From positions 9,238,001-9,302,000 of the forward strand of contig NC_086120.1 in assembly GCF_963921235.1 (NCBI RefSeq): a DNA stretch of 64,000 nucleotides. The letters are read 5' to 3'. Made by a program: the position numbers and the translations under genes. This DNA comes from Mobula hypostoma. Lineage: Eukaryota. Of this stretch, positions 27,001-39,000 are shown one piece after another. Under the pieces are notes generated by a model, which was not told the DNA's origin, searched no databases, and was given only the letters and a program-made list of their open reading frames with translations. Each line of letters starts with the position of its first letter. Positions within the stretch are counted from its first letter, which is position 1.

Positions 27001-30000
27001 ATCATCGAGGCTGGGGTACGGAGCTTGCCTGCGGGATCAACGAGGCTGGGGTACGGAGCTTGGCTGCCGGATCATCGAGGCTGGGGTACGGAGCTTGGCT
27101 GCGGGATCATCGGGGCTGGGGTACTTGGAGCTTGGCTGCGGGATCATCGAGGCTGGGGTACTTGGATCTTGGCTACGGGATCATCGAGGCTGGGGTACTT
27201 GGAGCTTCGCTGCGGGATCATCGAGGCTGGGGTACTTGGAGCTTGGCTGCGGGATCATCGAGGCTGGGGTACGGAGCTTGGCTGCGGGATCATCGAGGCT
27301 GGGGTACGGAGCTTGGCTGCGAGATCACCGAGGCTGGGGTACGGAGCTTGGCTGCGGGATCATCGAGGCTGGGGTACGGAGCTTGGCTGCGGGATCATCG
27401 AGGCTGGGGTACGGAGCTTGGCTGCGGGATCATCGAGGCTGGGGTACGGAGCTTGGCTGCGGGATCATCGAGGCTGGGGTACGGAGCTTGGCTGCGGGAT
27501 CATCGAGGCTGGGGTCCGGAGCTTGGCTGCGGGATCATCGAGGCTGGGGTACGGAGCTTGGCTGCGGGATCATCGAGGCTGGGGTGCGGAGCTTGGCTGC
27601 GGGATCATCGAGGCTGGGGTACGGAGCTTGGCTGCGGGATCATCGAGGCTGGGGTACTGAGCTTGGCTGCGGGATCATCGAGGCTGGTGTACGGAGCTTC
27701 GCTGCGGGATCATCGAGGCTGGGGTACTGAGCTTGGCTGCGGGATCATCGAGGCTGGGGTACGGAGCTTGCCTGCGGGATCAACGAGGCTGGGGTACGGA
27801 GCTTGGCTGCCGGATCATCGAGGCTGGGGTACGGAGCTTGGCTGCGGGATCATCGGGGCTGGGGTACTTGGAGCTTGGCTGCGGGATCATCGAGGCTGGG
27901 GTACTTGGATCTTGGCTACGGGATCATCGAGGCTGGGGTACTTGGAGCTTCGCTGCGGGATCATCGAGGCTGGGGTACTTGCAGCTTGGCTGCGGGATCA
28001 TCGAGGCTGGGGTACGGAGCTTGGCTGCGGGATCATCGAGGCTGGGGTACGGAGCTTGGCTGCGAGATCACCGAGGCTGGGGTACGGAGCTTGGCTGCGG
28101 GATCATCGAGGCTGGGGTACTTGGAGCTTGGCTGCGGGATCATCGAGGCTGGGGTACGGAGCCTGGCTGCGGGATCATCGAGGCTGGGGTACGGAGCTTG
28201 GCTGCGGGATCATCGAGGCTGGGGTACGGAGCTTGGCTGCGGGATCACCGAGGCTGGGGTACGGAGCTTGGCTGCCGGATCATCTAGGCTGGGGTACGGA
28301 GCTTGGCTGCGGGATCACCGAGGCTGGGGTACGGAGCTTGGCTGCGGGATCATCGAGGCTGGGGTACTTGGAGTTTGGCTGCGGGATCATCGAGGCTGGG
28401 GTACGGGGCTTGGCTGCGGGATCATCGAGGCTGGGGTACGGAGCTTGGCTGCGGGATCATCGAGGCTGGGGTTCTTGGAGCTTGGCTGCGGAATCATCGA
28501 GGCTGGGGTACGGATCTTGGCTGCGGGATCATCGAGGCTGGGGTTCTTGGAGCTTGGCTGCGGGATCATCGAGGCTGGGGAGCTTGGAGCGTGGCGGCGG
28601 GATCATCGAGGCTGGGGTACGGAGCTTGGCTGCGGGATCATCGAGGCTGTGGTACTGAGCTTGGCTGCGGGATCATCGAGGCTGGGGTACGGAGCTTGGC
28701 TGCGGGATCATCGAGGCTGGGGTACGGAGCTTGGCTGCGGAATCATCGAGGCTGGGGTACGGAGCTTGGCTGCGGGATCATCGAGGCTGGGGTACGGAGC
28801 TTGGCTGCGGGATCATCGAGGCTGGGGTACGGAGCTTGGCTGCGGGATCATCGAGGCTGGGGTACGGAGCTTGGCTGCGGGATCATCGAGGCTGGGGTAC
28901 GGAGCTTGGCTGCGGGATCATCGAGGCTGGGGTACTGAGCTTGGCTGCGGGATCATCGAGGCTGGTGTACGGAGCTTCGCTGCGGGATCATCGAGGCTGG
29001 GGTACTGAGCTTGGCTGCGGGATCATCGAGGCTGGGGTACGGAGCTTGCCTGCGGGATCAACGAGGCTGGGGTACGGAGCTTGGCTGCCGGATCATCGAG
29101 GCTGGGGTACGGAGCTTGGCTGCGGGATCATCGGGGCTGGGGTACTTGGAGCTTGGCTGCGGGATCATCGAGGCTGGGGTACTTGGATCTTGGCTACGGG
29201 ATCATCGAGGCTGGGGTACTTGGAGCTTCGCTGCGGGATCATCGAGGCTGGGGTACTTGGAGCTTGGCTGCGGGATCATCGAGGCTGGGGTACGGAGCTT
29301 GGCTGCGGGATCATCGAGGCTGGGGTACGGAGCTTGGCTGCGAGATCACCGAGGCTGGGGTACGGAGCTTGGCTGCGGGATCATCGAGGCTGGGGTACTT
29401 GGAGCTTGGCTGCGGGATCATCGAGGCTGGGGTACGGAGCATTGCTGCGGGATCATCCAGGCTGGGGTACGGAGCTTGGCTGCGGGATCATCGAGGCTGT
29501 GGTACGGAGCTTGGCTGCGGGATCATCGAGGCTGGGGTACGGAACTTGGCTGCGGGATCATCGAGGCTGGGGTACTTGGAGCTTAGCTCCGGGATCATCG
29601 AGGCTGGGGTACGGAGCTTGGCTGCGGGATCATCGAGGCTGGGGTACTGAGCTTGGCTGCGGGATCATCGAGGCTAGGGTACGGAGCTTGGCTGCGGGAT
29701 CATCGAGGCTGGGGTACGGAGCTTGGCTGCGGGATCATCGAGGCTGGGGTACGGAGTTTGGCTGCGGGATCATCGAGGCTGGGGTACGGGGCTTGGCTGC
29801 GGGATCATCGAGGCTGGGGTACGGAGCTTGGCTGCGGGATCATCGAGGCTGGGGTACGGAGTTTGGCTGCGGGATCATCGAGGCTGGGGTACGGGGCTTG
29901 GCTGCGGGATCATCGAGGCTGGGGTACGGAGCTTGGCTGCGGGATCATCGAGGCTGGCGTTCTTGGAGCTTGGCTGCGGAATCATCGAGGCTGGGGTACG

Positions 30001-33000
30001 GAACTTGGCTGCGGGATCATCGAGGCTGGGGTTCTTAGAGCTTGGCTGCGGAATCATCGAGGCTGGGGTACTTGGAGCTCGGCTGCGGGGTTTTCGAGGC
30101 TTGGAGCTTGGCTGCGGGATCTTCAAGCTTGGGTTCCTGGAGCTTGGGTTCTTGGAGCTTGGCTGCGGGATCTTCAAGCTTAGGTTCTTGGAGCTCGGCT
30201 GCGGGGTCTTCGAGGCTTGGAGCTTGGCTGCGGGATCTTCAAGCTTGGGTTCTTGCAGCTTGGCTGCGGGATCTTCAAGCTTGGCGTTCTTGGAGCTTGG
30301 CTGCGGCGTCTTCGAGGCTTGGAGCTTGGCTGCGGGATCATCGAGGCTGGGGTACGGAGCTTCGCTGCGGGATCATCGAGGCTGGGGTACGGAGCTTGGC
30401 TGCGGGATCATCGAGGCTGGGGTACGGAGCTTGGCTGCGGGATCATCGAGGCTGGGGTACGGAGCTTGGCTGCGGGATCATCGAGGCTGGGGTACTTCGA
30501 TCTTGGCTACGGGATCATCGAGGCTGGGGTACTTGGAGCTTCGCTGCGGGATCATCGAGGCTGGGGTACGGAGCTTGGCTGCGGGATCATCGAGGCTGGG
30601 GTACTTGGAGCTTCGCTACGGGATCATCGAGGCTGGGGTACGGAGCTTCGCTGAGGGATCATCGAGGCTGGGGTACGGAGCTTGGCTGCGGGATCATCGA
30701 GGCTGGGGTACTGAACTTGGCTGCGGGATCATCGAGGCTGGGGTACGGAGCTTGGCTGCGGGATCATCGAGGCTGGGGTACGGAGCTTGGCTGCGGGATC
30801 ATCGTGGCTGGGGTACGGAGCTTGGCTGCGGGATCATCGAGGCTGGGGTACGGAGCTTGGCTGCGGTTTCATCGAGGCTGGGGTACGGAGCTTGGCTGCG
30901 GGATCATCGAGGCTGGGGTACGGAGCTTGGCTGCGGGATTATCGAGGCTGGGGTGCGGAGCTTGGCTGCGGGATCATCGAGGCTGGGGTACGGAGCTTGG
31001 CTGCGGGATCATCGAGGCTGGGGTACGGAGCTTGGCTGCGGGATCATCGAGGCTGGGGTACTTGGAGCTTCGCTGCGGGATCATCGAGGCTGGGGTACTT
31101 GGAGCTTGGCTGCAGGATCATCGATGCTGGGGTACGGAGCTTGGCTGCGGGATCATCGAGGCTGGGGTACTGAGCTTGGCTGCGGGCTCATCGAGGCTGG
31201 GGTACGGAGCTTGGCTGCGGGATCATCGAGGCTGGGGTACGGAGCTTGGCTGCGGGATCATCGAGGCTGGGGTACGGAGCTTGGCTGCGGGATCATCGAG
31301 GCTGGGGTACGGAGCCTGGCTGCGGGATCATCGAGGCTGGGGTACGGAGCTTGGCTGCGGGATCATCGAGGCTGGGGTACGGAGCTTGGCTGCGGGATCA
31401 TCGAGGCTGGGGTACGGAGCTTGGCTGCGGGATCATCGAGGCTGGGGTACTGAGCTTGGCTGCGGGATCATCGAGGCTGGGGTACGGAGCTTGGCTGCGG
31501 GATCATCGAGGCTGGGGTACGGAGCTTGGCTGCGGGATCAACGAGGCTGGGTTACGGAGCTTGGCTGCGGGATCATCGAGGCTGGGGTACGGAGCTTGGC
31601 TGTGGGATCATCGAGGCTGGGGTACTTAGCTTGGCTGCGGGATCATCGAGGCTGGGGTACGGAGCTTGGCTGCGGGATCATCGAGGCTGGGGTACGGAGC
31701 TTTGCTGCGGGATCATCCAGGCTGGGGTACGGAGCTTGGCTGCGGGATCATCGAGGCTGTGCTACGGAGCTTGGCTGCGGGATCATCGAGGCTGGGGTAC
31801 GGAACTTGGCTGCGGGATCATCGAGGCTGGGGTACTTGGAGCTTGGCTGCGGGATCATCGAGGCTGGGGTACGGAGCTTTGCTGCGGGATCATCCAGGCT
31901 GGGGTACAGAGCTTGGCTGCGGGATCATCGAGGCTGTGGTACGGAGCTTGGCTGCGGGATCATCGAGGCTGGGGTACGGAACTTGGCTGCGGGATCATCG
32001 AGGCTGGGGTACTTGGAGCTTGGCTGCGGGATCATCGAGGCTGGGGTACGGAGCTTGGCTGCGGGATCATCGAGGCTGGGGTACTGAGCTTGGCTGCGGG
32101 ATCATCGAGGCTAGGGTACGGAGCTTGGCTGCGGGATCATCGAGGCTGGGGTACGGAGCTTGGCTGCGGGATCATCGAGGCTGGGGTACGGAGTTTGGCT
32201 GCGGGATCATCGAGGCTGGGGTACGGGGCTTGGCTGCGGGATCATCGAGGCTGGGGTACGGAGCTTGGCTGCGGGATCATCGAGGCTGGCGTTCTTGGAG
32301 CTTGGCTGCGGAATCATCGAGGCTGGGGTACGGAACTTGGCTGCGGGATCATCGAGGCTGGGGTTCTTAGAGCTTGGCTGCGGAATCATCGAGGCTGGGG
32401 TACTTGGAGCTCGGCTGCGGGGTTTTCGAGGCTTGGAGCTTGGCTGCGGGATCTTCAAGCTTGGGTTCTTGGAGCTTGGCTGCGGGATCTTCAAGCTTGG
32501 GTTCTTGGAGCTCGGCTGCGTCGTCTTCGAGGCTTGGAGCTTGGCTGCGGGATCATCGAGGCTGGGGTACGGAGCTTGGCTGCGGGATCATCGAGGCTGG
32601 GGTACTTGGAGCTTGGCTGCGGGATCATCGAGGCTGGGGTACGGAGCTTGGCTGCGGGATCATCGAGGCTGGGGTACGGAGCTTGGCTGCGGGATCATCG
32701 AGGCTGGGGTACTGAGCTTGGCTGCGGGATCATCATGGCTGGGGTACTGAGATTGGCTGCGGGATCATCGAGGCTGGGGTACGGAGCTTGGCTGCGGGAT
32801 CATCGAGGCTGGGGTACGGAGCTTGGCTGCGGGATCATCGAGGCTGGGGTACGGAGCTTGGCTGCGGGATCATCGAGGCTGGGGTACGGAGCTTGGCTGC
32901 GGGATCATCGAGGCTGGGGTACGGAGCTTGGCTGCGGGATCATCGAGGCTGGGGTACGGAGCTTGGCTGCGGGATCATCGAGGCTGGGGTACGGAGCTTG

Positions 33001-36000
33001 GCTGCGGGATCATCGAGGCTGGGGTACGGAGCTTGGCTGCGTGATCATCGAGGCTGGGGTACGGAGCTTGGCTGCGGGATCATCGAGGCTGGGGTACTGA
33101 GCTTGGCTGCGGGATCATCATGGCTGTGGTACTGAGCTTGGCTGCGGGATCATCGACGCTGGGGTACGGAGCTTGGCTGCGGGATCATCGAGGCTGGGGT
33201 ACGGAGCTTGGCTGCGGGATCATCGAGGCTGGGGTACGGAGCTTGGCTGCGGGATCATCGAGGCTGGGGTACTGAGCTTGGCTGCGGGATCATCGAGGCT
33301 GGGGTACGGAGCTTGGCTGCGGGATCATCGAGGCTGGGGTACGGAGCTTGGCTGCGGGATCATCGAGGCTGGGGTACGGAGCCTGGCTGCGGGATCATCG
33401 AGGCTGGGGTACGGAGCTTGGCTGCGGGATCATCGAGGCTGGGGTACGGAGCTTGGCTGCGGGATCACCGAGGCTGGGGTACGGAGCTTGGCTGCGGGAT
33501 CATCGAGGCTGGGGTACGGAGCTTGGCTGCGGGATCACCGAGGCTGGGGTACGGAGCTTGGCTGCGGGATCATCGAGGCTGGGGTACTTGGAGTTTGGCT
33601 GCGGGATCATCGAGGCTGGGGTACGGGGCTTGGCTGCGGGATCATCGAGGCTGGGGTACGGAGCTTGGCTGCGGGATCATCGAGGCTGGGGTTCTTGGAG
33701 CTTGGCTGCGGAATCATCGAGGCTGGGGTACGGATCTTGGCTGCGGGATCATCGAGGCTGGGGTTCTTGGAGCTTGGCTGCGGAATCATCGAGGCTGGGG
33801 TACTTGGAGCTCGGCTGCGGGGTTTTCGAGGCTTGGAGCTTGGCTGCGGGATCTTCAAGCTTGGGTTCTTGGAGCTTGGCTGCGGGATCTTCAAGCTTGG
33901 GTTCTTGGAGCTCGGCTGCGGGGTCTTCGAGGCTTGGAGCTTGGCTGCGGGATCTTCAAGCTTGGGTTCTTGGAGCTTGGCTGCGGGATCTTCAAGCTTG
34001 GGTTCTTGGAGCTCGGCTGCGGGGTCTTCGAGGCTGGGGTACGGAGCTTGGCTGCGGGATCATCGAGGCTGGGGTACGGAGCTTGGCTGCGGGATCATCG
34101 AGGCTGGGGTACGCAGCTTGGCTGCGGTATCATCGAGGCTGGGGTACGGAGCTTGGCTGCGGGATCATCGAGGCTGGGGTACGGAGCTTGGCTGCGGGAT
34201 CATCGAGGCTGGGGTACGGAGCTTGGCTGCGGGATCATCGAGGCTGGGGTACGGAGCTTGGCTGCGGGATCATCGAGGCTGGGGTACTTGGAGCTTGGCT
34301 GCGGGATCATCGAGGCTGGGGTACTTGGAGCGTGGCTGCGGGATCATCGAGGCTGGGGTACGGAGCTTGGCTGCGGGATCATCGAGGCTGTGGTACTGAG
34401 CTTGGCTGCGGGATCATCGAGGCTGGGGTACGGAGCTTGGCTGCGGGATCATCGAGGCTGGGGTACGGAGCTTGGCTGCGGGATCATCGAGGCTCGGGTA
34501 CGGAGCTTGGCTGCGGGATCATCGAGGCTGGGGTACGGAGCTTGGCTGCGGGATCATCGAGGCTGGGGTACGGAGCTTGGCTGCGGGATCATCGAGGCTG
34601 GGGTACTGAGCTTGGCTGCGGGATCATCGAGGCTGGGGTACGGAGCTTGGCTGCGGGATCATCGAGGCTGGGGTACGGAGCTTGGCTGCGGGATCATCGA
34701 GGCTGGGGTACGGAGCTTGGCTGCGGGATCATCGAGGCTGGGGTACGGAGCTTGGCTGCGGGATCATCGAGGCTGGGGTACGGAGCTTGGCTGCGGGATC
34801 ATCGAGGCTGGGGTACGGAGCTTGGCTGCGGGATCATCGAGGCTGGGGTACGGAGCTTGGCTGCGGGATCATCGAGGCTGGGGTGCGGAGCTTGGCTGCG
34901 GGATCATCGAGGCTGGGGTACGGAGCTTGGCTGCGGGATCATCGAGGCTGGGGTACTGAGCTTGGCTGCGGGATCATCGAGGCTGGGGTACGGAGCTTGG
35001 CTGCGGGATCATCGAGGCTGGGGTACTGAGCTTGGCTGCGGGATCATCGAGGCTGGGGTACGGAGCTTGGCTGCGGGATCAACGAGGCTGGGGTACGGAG
35101 CTTGGCTGCGGGATCATCGAGGCTGGGGTACGGAGCTTGGCTGCGGGATCATCGAGGCTGGGGTACTTGGAGCTTGGCTGCGGGATCATCGAGGCTGGGG
35201 TACTTGGATCTTGGCTACGGGATCATCGAGGCTGGGGTACTTGGAGCTTCGCTGCGGGATCATCGAGGCTGGGGTACTTGGAGCTTGGCTGCGGGATCAT
35301 CGAGGCTGGGGTACGGAGCTTGGCTGCGGGATCATCGAGGCTGGGGTACGGAGCTTGGCTGCGGGATCATCGAGGCTGGGGTACTTGGAGCTTGGCTGCG
35401 GGATCATCGAGGCTGGGGTACGGAGCTTGGCTGCGGGATCATCAGGCTGGGGTACGGAGCTTGGCTGCGGGATCATCGAGGCTGGGGTACGGAGCTTGGC
35501 TGCGGGATCATCGAGGCTGGGGTACGGAGCTTGGCTGCGGGATCATCGAGGCTGGGGTACTTGGAGCTTGGCTGCGGGATCATCGAGGCTGGGGTACGGA
35601 GCTTGGCTGCGGGATCATCGAGGCTGGGGTACTGAGCTTGGCTGCGGGATCATCGAGGCTGGGGTACGGAGCTTGGCTGCGGGATCATCGAGGCTGGGGT
35701 ACGGAGCTTGGCTGCGGGATCATCGAGGCTGGGGTACGGAGCTTGGCTGCGGGATAATCGAGGCTGGGGTACGGAGCTTGGCTGCGGGATCATCGAGGCT
35801 GGGGTACGGAGCTTGGCTGCGGGATCATCGAGGCTGGGGTACGGAGCTTGGCTGCGGGATCATCGAGGCTGGGGTACGGGGCTTGGCTGCGGGATCATCG
35901 AGGCTGGGGTACGGAGCTTGGCTGCGGGATCATCGAGGCTGGGGTTCTTGGAGCTTGGCTGCGGAATCATCGAGGCTGGGGTACGGAGCTTGGCTGCGGG

Positions 36001-39000
36001 ATCATCGAGGCTGGGGTTCTTAGAGCTTGGCTGCGGAATCATCGAGGCTGGGGTACTTGGAGCTCGGCTGCGGGGTTTTCGAGGCTTGGAGCTTGGCTGC
36101 GGGATCTTCAAGCTTGGGTTCTTGGAGTGGGTTCTTGGAGCTTGGCTGCGGGATCTTCAAGCTTAGGTTCTTGGAGCTCGGCTGCGGGGTCTTCGAGGCT
36201 TGGAGCTTGGCTGCGGGATCTTCAAGCTTGGGTTCTTGCAGCTTGGCTGCGGGATCTTCAAGCTTGGGTTCTTGGAGCTAGGCTGCGGCGTCTCGAGGCT
36301 TGGAGCTTGGCTGCGGGATCATCGAGGCTGGGGTACGGAGCTTGGCTGCGGGATCATCGAGGCTGGGGTACGGAGCTTGGCTGCGGGATCATCGAGGCTG
36401 GGGTACGGAGCTTGGCTGCGGGATCATCGAGGCTGGGGTACGGAGCTTGGCTGCGGGATCATCGAGGCTGGGGTACGGAGCTTGGCTGCGGATCATCGAG
36501 GCTGGGGTACGAGCTGGCTGCGGATCATCGAGGCTGGGGTACGGAGCTTGGCTGCGGGATCATCGAGGCTGGGGTACGGAGCTTGGCTGCGGGATCATCG
36601 AGGCTGGGGTACGGAGCTTGGCTGCGGGATCATCGAGGCTGGGGTACTTGGAGCTTCGCTACGGGATCATCGAGGCTGGGGTACGGAGCTTCGCTGAGGG
36701 ATCATCGAGGCTGGGGTACGGAGCTTGGCTGCGGGATCATCGAGGCTGGGGTACTGAGCTTGGCTGCGGGATCATCGAGGCTGGGGTACGGAGCTTGGCT
36801 GCGGGATCATCGAGGCTGGGGTACGGAGCTTGGCTGCGGGATCATCGAGGCTGGGGTACGGAGCTTGGCTGCGGGATCATCGAGGCTGGGGTACGGAGCT
36901 TGGCTGCGGGATCATCGAGGCTGGGGTACGGAGCTTGGCTGCGGGATCATCGAGGCTGGGGTACGGAGCTTGGCTGCGGGATCATCGAGGCTGGGGTACG
37001 GAGCTTGGCTGCGGGATCATCGAGGCTGGGGTACGGAGCTTGGCTGCGGGATCATCGAGGCTGGGGTACGGAGCTTGGCTGCGGGATCATCGAGGCTGGG
37101 GTACTTGGAGCTTGGCTGCGGGATCATCGAGGCTGGGGTACTTGGAGCTTGGCTGCGGGATCATCGAGGCTGGGGTACGGAGCTTGGCTGCGGGATCATC
37201 GAGGCTGGGGTACTGAGCTTGGCTGCGGGATCATCGAGGCTGGGGTACGGAGCTTGGCTGCGGGATCATCGAGGCTGGGGTACGGAGCTTGGCTGCGGGA
37301 TCATCGAGGCTGGGGTACGGAGCTTGGCTGCGGGATCATCGAGGCTGGGGTACGGAGCCTGGCTGCGGGATCATCGAGGCTGGGGTACGGAGCTTGGCTG
37401 CGGGATCATCGAGGCTGGGGTACGGAGCTTGGCTGCGGGATCATCGAGGCTGGGGTACGGAGCTTGGCTGCGGGATCATCGAGGCTGGGGTACTGAGCTT
37501 GGCTGCGGGATCATCGAGGCTGGGGTACGGAGCTTGGCTGCGGGATCATCGAGGCTGGGGTACGGAGCTTGGCTGCGGGATCATCGAGGCTGGGGTACGG
37601 AGCTTGGCTGCGGGATCATCGAGGCTGGGGTACGGAGCTTGGCTGCGGGATCATCGAGGCTGGGGTACTTAGCTTGGCTGCGGGATCATCGAGGCTGGGG
37701 TACGGAGCTTGGCTGCGGGATCATCGAGGCTGGGGTACGGAGCTTGGCTGCGGGATCATCGAGGCTGGGGTACTTGGAGCTTGGCTGCGGGATCATCGAG
37801 GCTGGGGTACGGAGCTTGGCTGCGGGATCATCGAGGCTGGGGTACGGAGCTTGGCTGCGAGATCACCGAGGCTGGGGTACGGAGCTTGGCTGCGGGATCA
37901 TCGAGGCTGGGGTACTTGGAGCTTGGCTGCGGGATCATCGAGGCTGGGGTACGGAGCTTTGCTGCGGGATCATCGAGGCTGGGGTACGGAGCTTGGCTGC
38001 GGGATCATCGAGGCTGTGGTACGGAGCTTGGCTGCGGGATCATCGAGGCTGGGGTACGGAGCTTGGCTGCGGGATCATCGAGGCTGGGGTACTTGGAGCT
38101 TGGCTCCGGGATCATCGAGGCTGGGGTACGGAGCTTGGCTGCGGGATCATCGAGGCTGGGGTACTGAGCTTGGCTGCGGGATCATCGAGGCTAGGGTACG
38201 GAGCTTGGCTGCGGGATCATCGAGGCTGGGGTACGGAGCTTGGCTGCGGGATCATCGAGGCTGGGGTACGGAGTTTGGCTGCGGGATCATCGAGGCTGGG
38301 GTACGGAGCTTGGCTGCGGGATCATCGAGGCTGGGGTACGGAGCTTGGCTGCGGGATCATCGAGGCTGGGGTACGGAGTTTGGCTGCGGGATCATCGAGG
38401 CTGGGGTACGGGGCTTGGCTGCGGGATCATCGAGGCTGGGGTACGGAGCTTGGCTGCGGGATCATCGAGGCTGGCGTTCTTGGAGCTTGGCTGCGGAATC
38501 ATCGAGGCTGGGGTACGGAACTTGGCTGCGGGATCATCGAGGCTGGGGTTCTTAGAGCTTGGCTGCGGAATCATCGAGGCTGGGGTACTTGGAGCTCGGC
38601 TGCGGGGTTTTCGAGGCTTGGAGCTTGGCTGCGGGATCTTCAAGCTTGGGTTCTTGGAGCTTGGGTTCTTGGAGCTTGGCTGCGGGATCTTCAAGCTTAG
38701 GTTCTTGGAGCTCGGCTGCGGGGTCTTCGAGGCTTGGAGCTTGGCTGCGGGATCTTCAAGCTTGGGTTCTTGCAGCTTGGCTGCGGGATCTTCAAGCTTG
38801 GGTTCTTGGAGCTAGGCTGCGGCGTCTTCGAGGCTTGGAGCTTGGCTGCGGGATCATCGAGGCTGGGGTACGGAGCTTCGCTGCGGGATCATCGAGGCTG
38901 GGGTACGGAGCTTGGCTGCGGGATCATCGAGGCTGGGGTACGGAGCTTGGCTGCGGGATCATCGAGGCTGGGGTACGGAGCTTGGCTGCGGGATCATCGA

